In this document: piece by piece, positions 40,644-52,939 of the stretch | Layout of the letters: every line of letters begins with the position of its first letter | Numbering within the stretch: the stretch's first letter is position 1 | Source of the DNA: Massalongia carnosa | Taxonomy: Eukaryota | Reading direction: 5' to 3' | Assembly: GCA_965645245.1 (NCBI GenBank) | Contig: OZ287074.1 | Span: forward strand, 1,860,001-1,924,000 | Length of the DNA stretch: 64,000 nucleotides | Translations under genes and position numbers: made by a program | The notes under the pieces: generated by a model | Database searches by the model: none | The model's input: only the letters and a program-made list of their open reading frames with translations | Told to the model about the DNA's origin: nothing

Positions 40644-41346
40644 ACACAATTGAGTTTTGTATGGGATTCGCCTACCCCGCAAGCTCGTTCTTTGGAAGCA
40701 TCTCCGAGTCTTTACGGGTCGAGTTTGAACGCGCCTTATTTTATCAGGCCGGTGGTGAGGGAGGGAAGTCCTGATTTATGAAGACATAAATCTTGAGAGT
40801 TGAAGTTCGACGACGAGGTTTTTCGGATGGTAATGGAAGGGGGGTGGGGGATGTAATTACTCTCGGGTGATGATCAGACTGTTTTCGAGCGACGAGGCTA
40901 TTCAGATTAATTTAATCCATCATTATTGTTGCTGTCATTGATGATGACGATAAGGGTATTTTACATATTCTGGTGTTTAAAGTAGTGGTGGGTGACGAAC
41001 TAGTGGTGGGTTAACAGTAATGAATGAAGGCTTCGTTATTTCATTGTCATCGTCGTCTTCAAAATTAAGCTAAATTGATTTCGTGAAAAACGAACAAAGC
41101 CTTATCTCTGTCTATAGCGATCTAACTGACTGAATCTAGTTAGCCTGTTATCATATCAGGAGAGGGTCTATAATGGTGTTTTTCCTACTCCCCGTCAAAG
41201 GTAAGGACGGTTTGAGTTCGGATTTTTGACCATGCTTCAAATTCTACAAGGCTACCTTACATAGGTGTACATATCTTTGAGACCTAAGGCTGCGAGAATA
41301 TTTGGAGAACCCACCCCCCCACCTCCCATCTATATTGCTTGATAAG

Positions 41347-44300
41347 ATGGACGCATCGGAAGATCGAGATCTCAAATTGCAGCGAGCTTCAGCGGATCTT
41401 TTGGCCGAATTTGGTTCCTCATTGACCAGGTTTTTGTGGAAGTCACCACCAGAGGGGGATCAGCAGGGAAACCCGGTTCTCAAAGTCCGCAGCTATGTGA
41501 AAGAATGTAAAACAAACTCTCTGATCAAACTAGTAGGTTGGATTTCTGATCTCATCAACATCCATGACAAGGTGGTAATGGTTGTCTCTTTTCTAGCTGG
41601 AGCCTTTTCAGGAATGGCCACAACTGCTAGATTCACATCTTGCAAAATTTCTTCCTCCTCTAACTTCTGCCTTCATCCAATATCTATGCAAGCACCGCGA
41701 TATCTATTGTGCACCCCGTCGAAGAGGTTCTACTGCCATCATACCTTCATCCAGAGGCATCTGTAAAATTCTCTACACCTTGTGTAAGATCCGAGGAGAA
41801 AAGATCATCTGTCGATTTCTAAACAACGAGCCTAAGTTTCTGGATCCGATGTTGAATGCCTTCCACGTATGGAATCAAGCTGGTGGGGTTGCAATAGACC
41901 AGCCTACGACTACTCCTGGACCAATGGTCTGGGAAGAACGCTACCTTATGCTCCTCTGGTTGTCTCATCTCATGCTTACACCATTCGACCTTCTATCGAT
42001 ATCTTCAATAGAGCAGGAAGGAGAACCGGCGATCGATCCAACACATGTAAACTTGTCGCCAAAACTTCCCCCAATTGCAAAAAGGATAACCCAAATGTGT
42101 GTTTGCCACCTCAGTTTTGCCGGTAAGCAACGGGAAGCAGCGAGGGGTCTACTTGTCCGGCTTGCGTTGCGGCCCGATATGCGCGACGCTGGTCTTCTTG
42201 ATTCTCTCATTCATTGGGCATTCTCATCTTTGTCATACGAGCCAGTTGATGGCGTTCCTAGACCTATTTATACTTATATTGGCATTCTTTCATTTCTTTG
42301 TGGTGTTATCACTTCGGCTGACAACGCTGTGGCTTTTCCCTTTCTCATTTCAATATTCGAAAAGATGCAAACTTTGAGTGCACAAGCTACGCCTGTTACT
42401 CGTTTAATATTCTCGTCTGCGCTCGCCCGCAAACTTATCATTAAAATCTTACGTTCCATAACACTGCAGGCGCTCCAGGCCGATCTCTTAGCTTCTCCGC
42501 CTCAACCAGCAAGTTTAATTGACATTATCCTCGAAGATGTTATCGATCAGCTACTAACACTGGTAGCTGATAGCGACACCCTCGTCAGGTACGCAGCAAG
42601 CAAGGCATTAAGCGTTATCGTAGTCAAGCTTGAACCTGTCTTAGCGGCTGAAATTGTTGAGGCTGTTACTGGAAACTTAGAGGAAAACATCCTTTGGGAA
42701 GAGGTGACGATTGGCGCAACAATACCTGTAGATGATGCTCAAAACTTTAAACCCACTGGCATGAAGCGTAATCTGACAGCTGTCGACCCACTACAATGGC
42801 ACGGTTTGATTTTGACTTTATCTCATTTAATCTATCGTCGTTCTCCTCCAATTGAACAGCTTCCAAAGATTCTCAATGCGCTCATATTAGCACTCGACTT
42901 TGAGCAAAGATCGTCCACAGGAACCTCCATCGGCACAAGTGTTCGCGATGCTGCTTGTTTTGGCATTTGGGCACTGGCAAGGCGATATACAACCAAAGAA
43001 TTATTAGGATTTGATCCCTCGGCGATTCGAGCTATTCATAGCAAACGTTATGCAAACTCTCTCTTACAGCTGATAAGCAACGAGATTGTAGTAGCTGCTA
43101 CATTGGACCCCTCAGGCAATATTCGCCGAGGGGCATCAGCTGCTCTGCAAGAGCTAATAGGCCGTCACCCGGATATTATTAAAGAGGGAATTCCACTGGT
43201 TCAGCTTGTAGATTATCATGCTGTTGCTCTGCGATCTAAGGCAATGCTTGATGTTGCCATAGGCGCTTCCAAACTCGACGAGTCGTACCGTGATTCCATA
43301 ACAGTCGGTTTGCTAGGCTGGAGAGGCTTGGGATCTCCAGATGCTCAGTCACGCCGATTTGCAGCGACAGCTGTTGGGATATTAGCTACATCCGCTTCGC
43401 GAGCTAACATGGAAACTATTTTTGCTAAGGTACAAAATAAACTTGGAAGCCTTCATCCACGTCAAATTGAAGAACAACATGGTCTCCTTCTCTCCTTAGC
43501 TGCTATTGTAAATGAAGCTCGCCAGAATGGATCTACCAAAAATGGAGCTGGACTCTGCTCCCTGTACAATAAGGCTGGAACATGGAATATATTCTGTTCT
43601 ATATGCCCTTTATCTGACAGAGACTTTACTTCGCCCACGTTGCGGCCGGACTTAACGGCAGAGGCTGCCTGTACCTTCATCTCCGCACTTGCGTTGACGG
43701 CTCCTAGCAACACCTCGAACTTCTTGGATGAAGTCCTAAAGCCGTCTGAAGCAAATATAACATCGTTTCTAAAAATTTTAAAGCTTTCGTTAACGCGCAC
43801 GGAAGAATATACTCTTAGTGTGTCCTCGAAGGCGGCGGACGACCTGTTCAAGATTCTGGGGCTTAAACAAAGATGCATGCTGGTCCAAGACTGGGTGGCA
43901 TCTCTTACCGCTGATAATTCTGGCTCAATGCATAGTTCTGCCAAATCTTTAGGGTGCATTGCTGCTCTTGGGGCTGTTTACCATTACTTTTCATTGCCCA
44001 ATGCTGACTCTCAACCAAACTTGGATCAAACCATTGCGGAGGCATTACTGACTCAAATTGAAACCAACAGCGAGATTGAATCAAGAGTAGCTGCGATCAA
44101 GAGCTTGTCATTAGGGGTTTTCCCTCATACAAGTAAGCAATTAGTATATACTAGAAATACTCTCAACCCAAGCTGAGGGATATAGCGTTGTGTGTAAGGA
44201 CTGCAACCATCTTGAAATCATGTCTGGAAGATTATACAGTTGATCAGCGTGGTGATATTGGATCACTTGTGCGACTCGAAGCAATCGATGCTGTTGGTTC

Positions 44301-45261
44301 AGCCCTTCAGCATGACCACCTACAGGACTGTAAAGTTAGGCAACTGATTCTTGGGAGAATATGTGGCCTTGCCGTTGAAAGACTTGATAAAGTCCGCTTC
44401 CGGGCTTGGAATTGCCTACGAGAGAATTGGCGCATTCTTGTAGATATTGAAATACTTTTTAGGTATGCTTACAATGGCATTCCACAACGCTGCTTAATGT
44501 GGTTTTAGCGATACGTTACCGGATGTGAGTTCTACCTCTACGACCATCCACTTTGAGCAAATGTTATCATTGTGTTCTTTCAGTTGGCTACGGCAGTCTC
44601 TTCTGGAAGGCTACGTCAGCGCTGCGGGCGCTGGGTCCGATTCTCTTCTTCGATCGTCCAGATTAGCATTGGCATTGTACGCGGAGCGTCTCTCCACTGC
44701 TAACTTGATGGTGTTTTTGGATTGCCTTAGCTGTATCATTAGGCAAAACATGTTAAATGATCGTGTCCTTGTTCCCACACTGGTGGTTTTCGGGTTTCTG
44801 TTTGATGCCGGAGTCTTTACAAAGCTTCGAGAAATCAAACCCTGGCAAGTCTATTCGCCCTTACAATGCAAGGGTTCCCTACTAACATCTTTTTAGCTGG
44901 CACACTATCGTTACACTCGTGCAGAGAAGCCACTATAAATCTAGTAATATACACAAACTGGAAGCTGCTGTGAAAATATACACCGGCCTGGCAAGGGTGG
45001 ATGTTGTACGAAATGGGGTGCTAAGGAAACTCTGCGGCATGCTCTTGCATCCCTTTCCTGTAGTATGTTGCTTTGCATGGGTTGCTGATGATGCAAGGGT
45101 AATGGCTTACAACCTCCGTCTAGATTCGAAATGCCACGGCCGTTGCCCTATTTGTGGTCACAGGTATTGATGAACTGAGAAGAGTTGGTTGGTCGAAACC
45201 TCCAAGGGAGCTGAAGAAAGTAGTCCATGACATCCGGAGACAGCTTCCAAGAGAAGAGTGA
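41347..45261 (+). CDS. TBCD: Tubulin-specific chaperone D (beta-tubulin folding cofactor D)
   Basis: MDASEDRD start, LEPFQEWPQLLD, CKIRGEKII.RFL, WEERYLMLLWLS, WHGLIL, VRDAACFGIWALARRY, NIRRGASAALQELIGRH, DYTVDQRGDIGSLVR and LLHPFP. Multi-exon; ends QLPREE*. Confidence 0.93.
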
Positions 45262-45563
45262 CTGTGCCACGTGAATCCTAGTTAGTCTTAAAAGTCAGCT
45301 GTTGAAGCAGAGAGTGCTTCCTCGTGCATGGAAAGATACAGGTAGTCGCGAGGGACATTAAGTCGGGGCAACTGCATCTGGCATAAAAGCTTTACGCCGG
45401 ATATGTAGGATCTCTAGCATTTATAACAATCATTCAATTCTATCCCGTCACCAGTCCCAATGCAACATTTGGTCCACAGCTTAAGGTCTCCGATGTAAGA
45501 CGCCCTAAGCCATACTTGTGAGTAGAACAGGTAGAGCATGGTCATGAGATGTAGCCGCATGCT

Positions 45564-45629
45564 GCCTCATGGTTCCTCATTGCTCCTCATTGTTCCTCAT
45601 TGTTCCTCATAGCTCAGAAACTATGAGGA
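45564..45629. repeat. 10-mer tandem repeat (TTG[T/C]TCCTCA)n ending in a 9-bp inverted repeat
   Basis: About five CCTCAT-containing units, then TCCTCATAG..CTATGAGGA. Confidence 0.65.
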
Positions 45630-46061
45630 GAAAAGGGGAGTCAAGAAAATAGGAGACGAATGGTGTCCTGGACAAAAGCGGTTAGCCGCGGAGCTTCACC
45701 GCTTCTTCGTATTTGACGTGAGTTTGCTTGCTTGACTTGCACACTTGTACCTGTACACTCTACTGACACGATTGATGCTTGATGATCGATGATTGCCTTC
45801 TGTTTAATGACTTTTTCCTTCCTGCACTCTCATCGCCCAACCTCGCTTCCTTCTCAGAGTTTGTAGTGGAACACCAGCTTTCGAGCGTCGAGCGTCGAGC
45901 GTCGAGCGTCGAGTTAACTAGCTTCTCACCCAACGGTTTCTTACCCGACCCGTCACGGAGCCTATGTCATGGCGGCAATAACAATTATCATGCGGGCGTC
46001 ATCTTCATGGCTGCCCGGCTGCTAATGCCAACCTCCCCCCCTCCCCAAAAATCTATTCAAT

Positions 46062-49000
46062 ATGTTTATGGAGCTTCCGGTCTCTGGCCTTCACCGACTG
46101 TTTCACACGACACCTTCTCTGCTCTCTCTTTCGGCGAAAGCACCAACGTCGCTCGAATCCGTCACCGAGGACGCCCATACCTATGATCTCCTCTATCCGG
46201 AGCCTAGTACGCTCCGGCAGACCCAGCATCACGCCTATCCTCTCAAAAATGGCGACCCCTCATTGGCTGCGTTAGCGGCAACAAGTCATGATGATTGTGG
46301 AGGGTTGGACATTCAAAATCCACAGGGTGTAAGAATCATTATAGCGCAAGACGGGAATGTGCTGGCTCAGCAGCCACGGGTTTTGTATGACTCACAACCT
46401 TATTTACCATCACCTTTGGTACGACAAGCGCATACACCTAGAGTGCCAGAAGACGGGAACCAGCCGGGGGATTTACAGAGAATTGGGGGACGAAGGCGCA
46501 TTACCAGCATGCATGAGGCGCAAACCGTTGCAAACCTAGGACATGAACGACGTTCTTCTTTGGCGCAAAGCCTGCGATCTAGCCCAACGTCCCCAATATC
46601 TCCTGGTTCTCCCGAATTGGAATTTCGAAGCGCATTCAGCAATCCCAAGCTCCAAAGGTCTGGCCTTAGGTATATAGCTAGCGGAGGCGAAAGCATTCAG
46701 AGTCGGGTCATTCGAGAAAGGCTTGAGGAAACTGAGGCGCTTCTAGGTTGCATGTTTGGGTCTACGGGCTTGCCAATGGTGTGCAGCACAAAGCTTCATA
46801 TTAAACCTGCTGGATCATCTGGAGTTGCGACAGATGAAGCGAGGAGTCCTGTTGTACTGGATATAATAACATCTCGCGCTATTCCGAGGAAGCGGACGCC
46901 GCTGACCAGATCCACAACGCTGGATGAACTCCACAGCTTTCCCACATCAGGAGCTCCGGAAACACCCGATCAGACTACATCACGCTCAAATCAGACAACT
47001 GTGATTGTAACAAGGATTTTCAACATAGACCTTGCAACTCCGTTGCCGCGTACAAACCACAGCGCACTAGTACGTTTGGATTCAGAGTTGACCGTTCGGG
47101 TGGAGGACTATCAGACTGAAGAGAAACCAACAGTTGCCGCTGAAAGTGAAAAAACAAAGCAGCTAAAGCCCCCAACATACGCGATAGCCATTATCCTGCA
47201 ATTGCCGGCTGATCGGCATCGATCCTTTATGCCTCCGGTACATGGAACTCCCACGTCAGGTAATAACCAGGACCGGCTGTTTCAATCTCCAAAGAAAATA
47301 GGAAACTGGTCATGGGAAGAGTTACCGCCCAACGAGATCCTCAAAGAAAGTGATCGTGACGTCGAGAATGTGATAGAGCATTGGAATATGCTCAATCGGG
47401 TCGCATCCTCTTTGGAAGTTGTCGCGAAAAGCAAGATACGAGAGCTTCTTGGGAACGAGGAAGCCGCTTCTGCCCGACTACCTGTCCAAATTCCGATCAA
47501 GGCCGACATGTATGCAAATGTCAAACCGAAGCAGCAAAAGCAAACATCACAGCGGACGGTACAGCTTGCATCTAGAGCTCTACAGCAGTGTGATCTAGTT
47601 CAGAAGGAGGTCGAAATGGCTAGGAAAAGAGTCGCCTTAGCTTTGAAGATTCGTAAAGCAATCGCTGGCCAAGGGAGGTGGGGCGTGTGGAGAGAGGAAG
47701 CGCGGTGGATTGAAAGATGGGCTGGAAGGAGGGAGCAAAACTTCTTCTTCTTCAACCTACTCACTGCGTTTCTCGGGACTCACACTGAATGGCTCGATAT
47801 GCTGGGTCCAAGCTGGTCCAGGCGTCGAAGTACAAAACAAGTTCACCAGTCTCGTCGAGAGGTGAGCATCATACAGCATCGTACTGTTATAGTTTCTACA
47901 GAAAAGATGGCTGCGAGGAGGTTGATCTTTCTATTATCGGCGTTTCTGCCAAGTACCTACGTTGGCCCCATTCAAGAGGAGATAAGCCGACCTCGTTCGT
48001 CTTGGTCGAATGCTGGCTATTCCGATTCACCTCCGTCCGCAGTGAGCGGTCTTCGTCATCGGTCTTTACGTCGAACTATTAACACGCGACAGAGAGGAAG
48101 TCGCTTGGCAAGCGGCGTCAAACCTCATGCCAGAGGCGTTAGCTTTTCAGGGCCAGACTTGCCATTTTTCCAAGGTCTCAACGGTCACGTTGAACAAGGG
48201 GTTCAACAGCATACTAGGCGCGCATCGGACGCCAGGTCTATCAGGAGTCTGCCCTTACCTATCTCCTCGAGCGAGTTAACGCGGAAGAGTAGCTCTACAA
48301 CCACGGGTTCAGCGGTTCATGATACCGCTGTACCAGTGCCTCACTTTACCAGCTTTTCTCCAGACTTGTTACTGGGTACCTCCGCCGAGGCCAGGCCAGG
48401 CAGCCGTGGCAGCTTTGCTTCCTTGTCGCTAAAACATACCTTGACTCGTTCGGAAGGAACAGACCATAGTAACACTAGCGCAGAGTCCTATTCCCCAAGA
48501 GGCTGGGGTAGCATGATCAGTAGTTTCTGGAGCGCCCGGCGGGGATCATCAACAGATGAAAGTGACGTTCTTTCGTCTCCAGACGGACTAGGAATATCCG
48601 GGATACCGAGAGATAGGCGGGGTTCTCGTCGTGTGGGCAAACTAGCTCAGATGGTGGAGGAAGTGGACAAGCACCCGGAGAGCCAAGCCATTGTACAAAA
48701 CATATCCAAACCAGCGCAAGGGCCGACGAGTGTTCCTATACTCCAAGACCAATTAAACATTCTGCCTGAACACTCCACGCCTGCGAAAAACATTCCGGAA
48801 AGACCGAGAAATGATCAATTCCCAATGAAGCTATCTATTGACGAGAACGATGGTGTTGTGGACATCGATCTGCCTATGCCGAATTCTTACTCGTCCTCCT
48901 TTGCATCCTCTATGAGCTCCCCCAAAGCCACCCATACCGGTGCCAGCAGTCTCAACGATGGCTCGCTGTACGGACGCAACTCCAGCCACGAAGCTTTTGC

Positions 49001-49655
49001 ATCCTCATCAGAACCTCCACCGGATGTTGCTGGCTGGTTGAAAGGCTATCATCAAGATTTTGCTCTCCAAGCGGTACGACCGTACAAAGAGTTAAAAGAG
49101 GACATTAAGCGCTCAATGCGTATGGAGCCAGCCCAAACACTCTCTCAACCCACCCGAGACTCCACCCCTACCCCTTGGACCGAGGTGTGTACTACCTTGG
49201 TTGCCGACGCCCAAAACTTTTCCGTAACCCGCCTATCTCTACGCCGGCGCCCAGCACCCGTCTCAGCAGATTCCCAATCTTCCCTAGATAATGCCCCTCG
49301 AATTGAAGAAGATTTCCAATCCGAACCCATCATGGACCTTGACCCAACCCTTATCGATGCCGTCGAGCGCGTTTTGGCGCAAAGCACGCATTCATCCCGC
49401 ACCCATTCGCGCTCCCATTCGCGCACCACATCTCCTTCACGCCACCATGATGAGGCCCCCGCGCTTGAAGTGCCGAGGAGCGAGTGCAGGAAACTTGTGT
49501 TGGGGGCATTGGAGCAGGTTGCTCGGAGCGTTGGGGAGGAGCAGATGGGGAGGGAAAGAGTAGTAGGAAGGGATGTTAGAGGGCCGCCGGGTGCGGGGAG
49601 CGTAGATAGTACGTTGAGAGAGGGTGTTAGGCGGTGGTTGAATGTGGGAGGTTGA
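46062..49655 (+). CDS. Folliculin-interacting protein (FNIP/Lst4)-like protein
   Basis: 1197-aa ORF with FNIP N-terminal-like motifs VRIIIAQD and LLGCMFGS...STKLH, plus FFFNLLTAFLG and RTVIVS..KMAARRLIFLLSAFL. The true start may differ. Confidence 0.8.
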   Translation: MFMELPVSGLHRLFHTTPSLLSLSAKAPTSLESVTEDAHTYDLLYPEPSTLRQTQHHAYPLKNGDPSLAALAATSHDDCGGLDIQNPQGVRIIIAQDGNVLAQQPRVLYDSQPYLPSPLVRQAHTPRVPEDGNQPGDLQRIGGRRRITSMHEAQTVANLGHERRSSLAQSLRSSPTSPISPGSPELEFRSAFSNPKLQRSGLRYIASGGESIQSRVIRERLEETEALLGCMFGSTGLPMVCSTKLHIKPAGSSGVATDEARSPVVLDIITSRAIPRKRTPLTRSTTLDELHSFPTSGAPETPDQTTSRSNQTTVIVTRIFNIDLATPLPRTNHSALVRLDSELTVRVEDYQTEEKPTVAAESEKTKQLKPPTYAIAIILQLPADRHRSFMPPVHGTPTSGNNQDRLFQSPKKIGNWSWEELPPNEILKESDRDVENVIEHWNMLNRVASSLEVVAKSKIRELLGNEEAASARLPVQIPIKADMYANVKPKQQKQTSQRTVQLASRALQQCDLVQKEVEMARKRVALALKIRKAIAGQGRWGVWREEARWIERWAGRREQNFFFFNLLTAFLGTHTEWLDMLGPSWSRRRSTKQVHQSRREVSIIQHRTVIVSTEKMAARRLIFLLSAFLPSTYVGPIQEEISRPRSSWSNAGYSDSPPSAVSGLRHRSLRRTINTRQRGSRLASGVKPHARGVSFSGPDLPFFQGLNGHVEQGVQQHTRRASDARSIRSLPLPISSSELTRKSSSTTTGSAVHDTAVPVPHFTSFSPDLLLGTSAEARPGSRGSFASLSLKHTLTRSEGTDHSNTSAESYSPRGWGSMISSFWSARRGSSTDESDVLSSPDGLGISGIPRDRRGSRRVGKLAQMVEEVDKHPESQAIVQNISKPAQGPTSVPILQDQLNILPEHSTPAKNIPERPRNDQFPMKLSIDENDGVVDIDLPMPNSYSSSFASSMSSPKATHTGASSLNDGSLYGRNSSHEAFASSSEPPPDVAGWLKGYHQDFALQAVRPYKELKEDIKRSMRMEPAQTLSQPTRDSTPTPWTEVCTTLVADAQNFSVTRLSLRRRPAPVSADSQSSLDNAPRIEEDFQSEPIMDLDPTLIDAVERVLAQSTHSSRTHSRSHSRTTSPSRHHDEAPALEVPRSECRKLVLGALEQVARSVGEEQMGRERVVGRDVRGPPGAGSVDSTLREGVRRWLNVGG

Positions 49656-51216
49656 GGTGCGTTTCCGGGATATAAGGATGAAGGAATATGGAGACGGTAT
49701 TGCTTAGTTCCAGGCTGTTTCGATGAAGGAGGATCAGATGGCGTGGCGCTTGCTACTCTCATCTTCTCTCATCGCCCTTTGCTGCGTTTTAGCGCGGCGC
49801 TTTGGAACGGATCGGACGGCCATGATACCCAATTTTTTTCTCTCCTTATTTTTGCTTTGACTTTAGCCTCTTTCCTAATGGAGGATATGGCTGATGGTGC
49901 GTGGAAGCGTAGGTGGTAATTCAAGGGATGGGGAAAGGGGTAGTAATGGCGTGTGGATGGGGAGTGATGTTTTTCATCTTAGTTTAGTCTATTCATTCCC
50001 ACTTCTAGCTCCAAGGGCGTGTAACCTAGCTAGCTACCTCTACTTTACCCGTCATCTCTCTCCTGCCTATTTACCACAAACTACCCACCTATTTACCTAA
50101 GTAGCCAGCAACAGCAGAGAGATCTAGCCAGCCAGCCAGCCAGCCAGCTTTAGTGAACAAGCGAGACGGAAAATTTGTAAAGCTCATCTATCTCAAACTT
50201 TATTCCTTTCCTTCATCCAATACGTGTGGATAACGGCTGTGGATGAATGGATGGATGGATGGATGGATGGATGGATGATAGGTGGGTTAGTGGGTGGGTG
50301 AACAGGAGGGGGTGTTGGACGGGCTTTTCGGGCGCGAATACTGGGGGATTTTGAGGCGACGGGATGGGGAGATGGACGGGGGAATGCTGAAGTGTGGAGG
50401 AAGAGAGGAAAGGGAAGGGGATTTATTGTGACCTGATTTATTAGCTCGATTTGTTCGCTGAGCTTGTTGGTTCGTTCTCCTAGTCTACCTGATTCTAATT
50501 CTTTTTTTCTTCTTTTCTTTCTTTCTTTCTTCCTTCATCTTCTGCGCCTTTTCTCTTTCTTGCGTCCGTGCCTGTATATTTGCTTATCATCCTGAATTCC
50601 TAACTTCTCAAGAAATACTCAAGAGAAAATAAGAAGAACGCTTGAATCTTTATATTCTTCTTTGTCTTCAATTTCGGTTTTTATCAATAGCATCCTCATG
50701 AGATTTGAGTAATTTATGACGAGATGATGAGAAGAGGAAGAAGAGGAAGAAGAAAAGGATTAGGGGGAGAGGAAGGAGAGGTGTGAGGATGACAGTTTGA
50801 GGGTTTGAGCTGCACTGGAGAGAATGGGATGAAATAGGATGGGATGGGATGGGATTCAAGTAGAAGAATAGGGAATTAGATATCCAAATTGGGGGGTTAA
50901 AAAGAAGAAAATAATTAAAATTACTATTAAAGTCTCAATCAACAGATTTTCACAAAGTATATATACTGCGAGAAAGGAAACAGCTCACAGACTGATCGAT
51001 CGATTAACTCATCAATTACCCGATCTCAACAGCTACTTGGAAATTAGCCAGCTAGAGATTTATTTAGGTGCTTTATTAAATCACAATTTAGTATCGAGAT
51101 TTCGATCCTGAGACTAATATCCATATACCTACCCTTCCCACGCGGGTTGGGAAAAAAAACCGGACACCAAAATCGTCCCCGCATTCCCTCATCAAATTTA
51201 CTACTGAGTATAAGTA

Positions 51217-51425
51217 CAGAGATGATTTAACTCATTATACATGCGATTGAACCTCGTTAATAATCAGTCGTTTTTCCTTCATCTGCCATTACTGCTCGAG
51301 GACGATCAGGCATTTGAATCACCTTTTCGTTGATATATTTCTGTGAAACCTGATTCCAGCCCTCGAAAATCAACTCCTTAGTAGTAACATCGTCCTGATG
51401 AGGATATTTACGAATTATGCTGTTT
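51217..51425 (-). mobile_element. Tc1/mariner-like transposon 3' relic
   Basis: Minus-strand EGWNQVSQKYINEKVIQMPDRPRAVMADEGKTTDY* resembles the Tc1 C-terminal W...IN...MP.R..AV....G..T.Y. A TA|CAG-type end lies at 51215-51219. Confidence 0.65.
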
Positions 51426-52939
51426 CGATGGCTGCCAGCAGTTCTCGATAGGAGACAAATTAGGAGAATATGCATAGTTGAAGTAGTGTTTCATGCGACT
51501 CCAAAATCGGGTGTGTTTGAATGTCGTGTAGTCATGTTTGTGTGATTGTAAAAATGTTGGTTTGATTTCTCATTAGACTCACTCATGACATTCCACTCGT
51601 TTGACTGACCCACTCACTCACCCACTCACTCATCCACCCACTCATACAATCCACTCACTCCTTAAATTCCGCTTACCCACCCAATTACCCAATCAACCCA
51701 ATCACAAAATAAACGACAGAAAGAAGCAAAAATGTAAGCGGATAAAAGGAGATTTCCTGGAGCGGAAATACTCCAAGTTATGAGAAGAGCGGAGAATGGG
51801 GAGGAGAGCTTGGAAGGCGGATTATCGGATTTCCGGATTTCTTTGTGGCGAATGGGGTAAGAGAGTGAGAGGTTAAGTACAACGGCCCCTGTTTCGAATG
51901 TCTTTAAAACACTGGCTTTATGATACTTGAGATTGTGATGGAGATGGGGATTGAAAATGAGAATGAGAATAAGCCTAAGTAAGACTAATTCTGTAAAAAA
52001 AAAAGCAGCAGCAGATTCGAAGAAAATACGTAATGGCCAAGGGAAAAGAAAGGAGGAAGTGAAAAAAAGAACCCCCCATCCCACCCCTTTTTTTTCTCCT
52101 CACGATCATCCGTCATGCACCAAGCATTTTGTCACTTCCTATCCCTCTCTCCAAATCCATTTTCACGACCTAAAAAGGACACAAGTTAGAAGAGGAAGGG
52201 GGAAAAACTTGAAGAAAAAAAAACATCCCTCGAAAAATTCCGCAAGTTTCAACATCTCTTTCGCGTAGAGAAAACCGGAGGGGGGGGGGGGGGTTGAATA
52301 CTATAATATCGTTGCTTTTAATTACTTCTTTATATCTTTTCTCTTCAATCGATTGGTCAATTCGTAGTTGATTGTCGACGTCAGAGGTAGGTAGTAGGTA
52401 TTGGGGGGCTTCGATTAGAATTTATTGGATTTGGTTAGACCGGAGTTTGGATTAGGGGAGGTGGAGGAGGGGGAAAGCTAATGACTGATTGGGCATTAAG
52501 GTGGGGAATGGGGTTGGATGGATTGTGATGATAGTCAATCGGTTAACCGACTACTTTCACTAAACTGTATTTTCACAAAGGGAAGTGTGCGATTTGTTTT
52601 AGAAAGGGGGGGAACAGAAAGAGAAAAAAAGACCTTTTGCAAGGTTCTTGGGACGGAAGGAAAGAGAAAAAAAAGTGCGTGCAAATATCAGCCTAGCTTC
52701 ACTGCTGCTAAGACTTCCGAGTATCAGAGGAATTCAGGCTCCATTACCTCCAAAGACCATGATTAGAATGTTTGCACTGTTTTTGTTGGTTCATATTGGA
52801 TAATTTGGGTCTTGTACCCTGAGTGAATTCGTACCGAGAGGTTGAGGGTAAGTTACTCTATGTACAAGAGAATAAAGCTGCATTCCATCATGCCCTTCCA
52901 CCGGATATTCTTGGGGTTGGGGAATATGTTGGACCTTTG

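Larger units (their letters stand above)
36478..41017 (+). mobile_element. pogo/Fot1-family DNA transposon, decayed; left TIR interrupted by a LINE
   Basis: ACCCACCACTACTTTAAACACCAGAAT (37114-37140) is inverted at 40967-40993. Transposase remnants lie between. The exact outer ends are uncertain. Confidence 0.82.

Noticed and set aside
45564..45629. Short repeat array as CRISPR-like
   Set aside because: The context is eukaryotic and the units are contiguous 10-mers with no unique spacers.
49700..52800. Short ORFs in the purine/pyrimidine-biased tract
   Set aside because: Low-complexity microsatellite DNA producing spurious K/R/F-rich frames.
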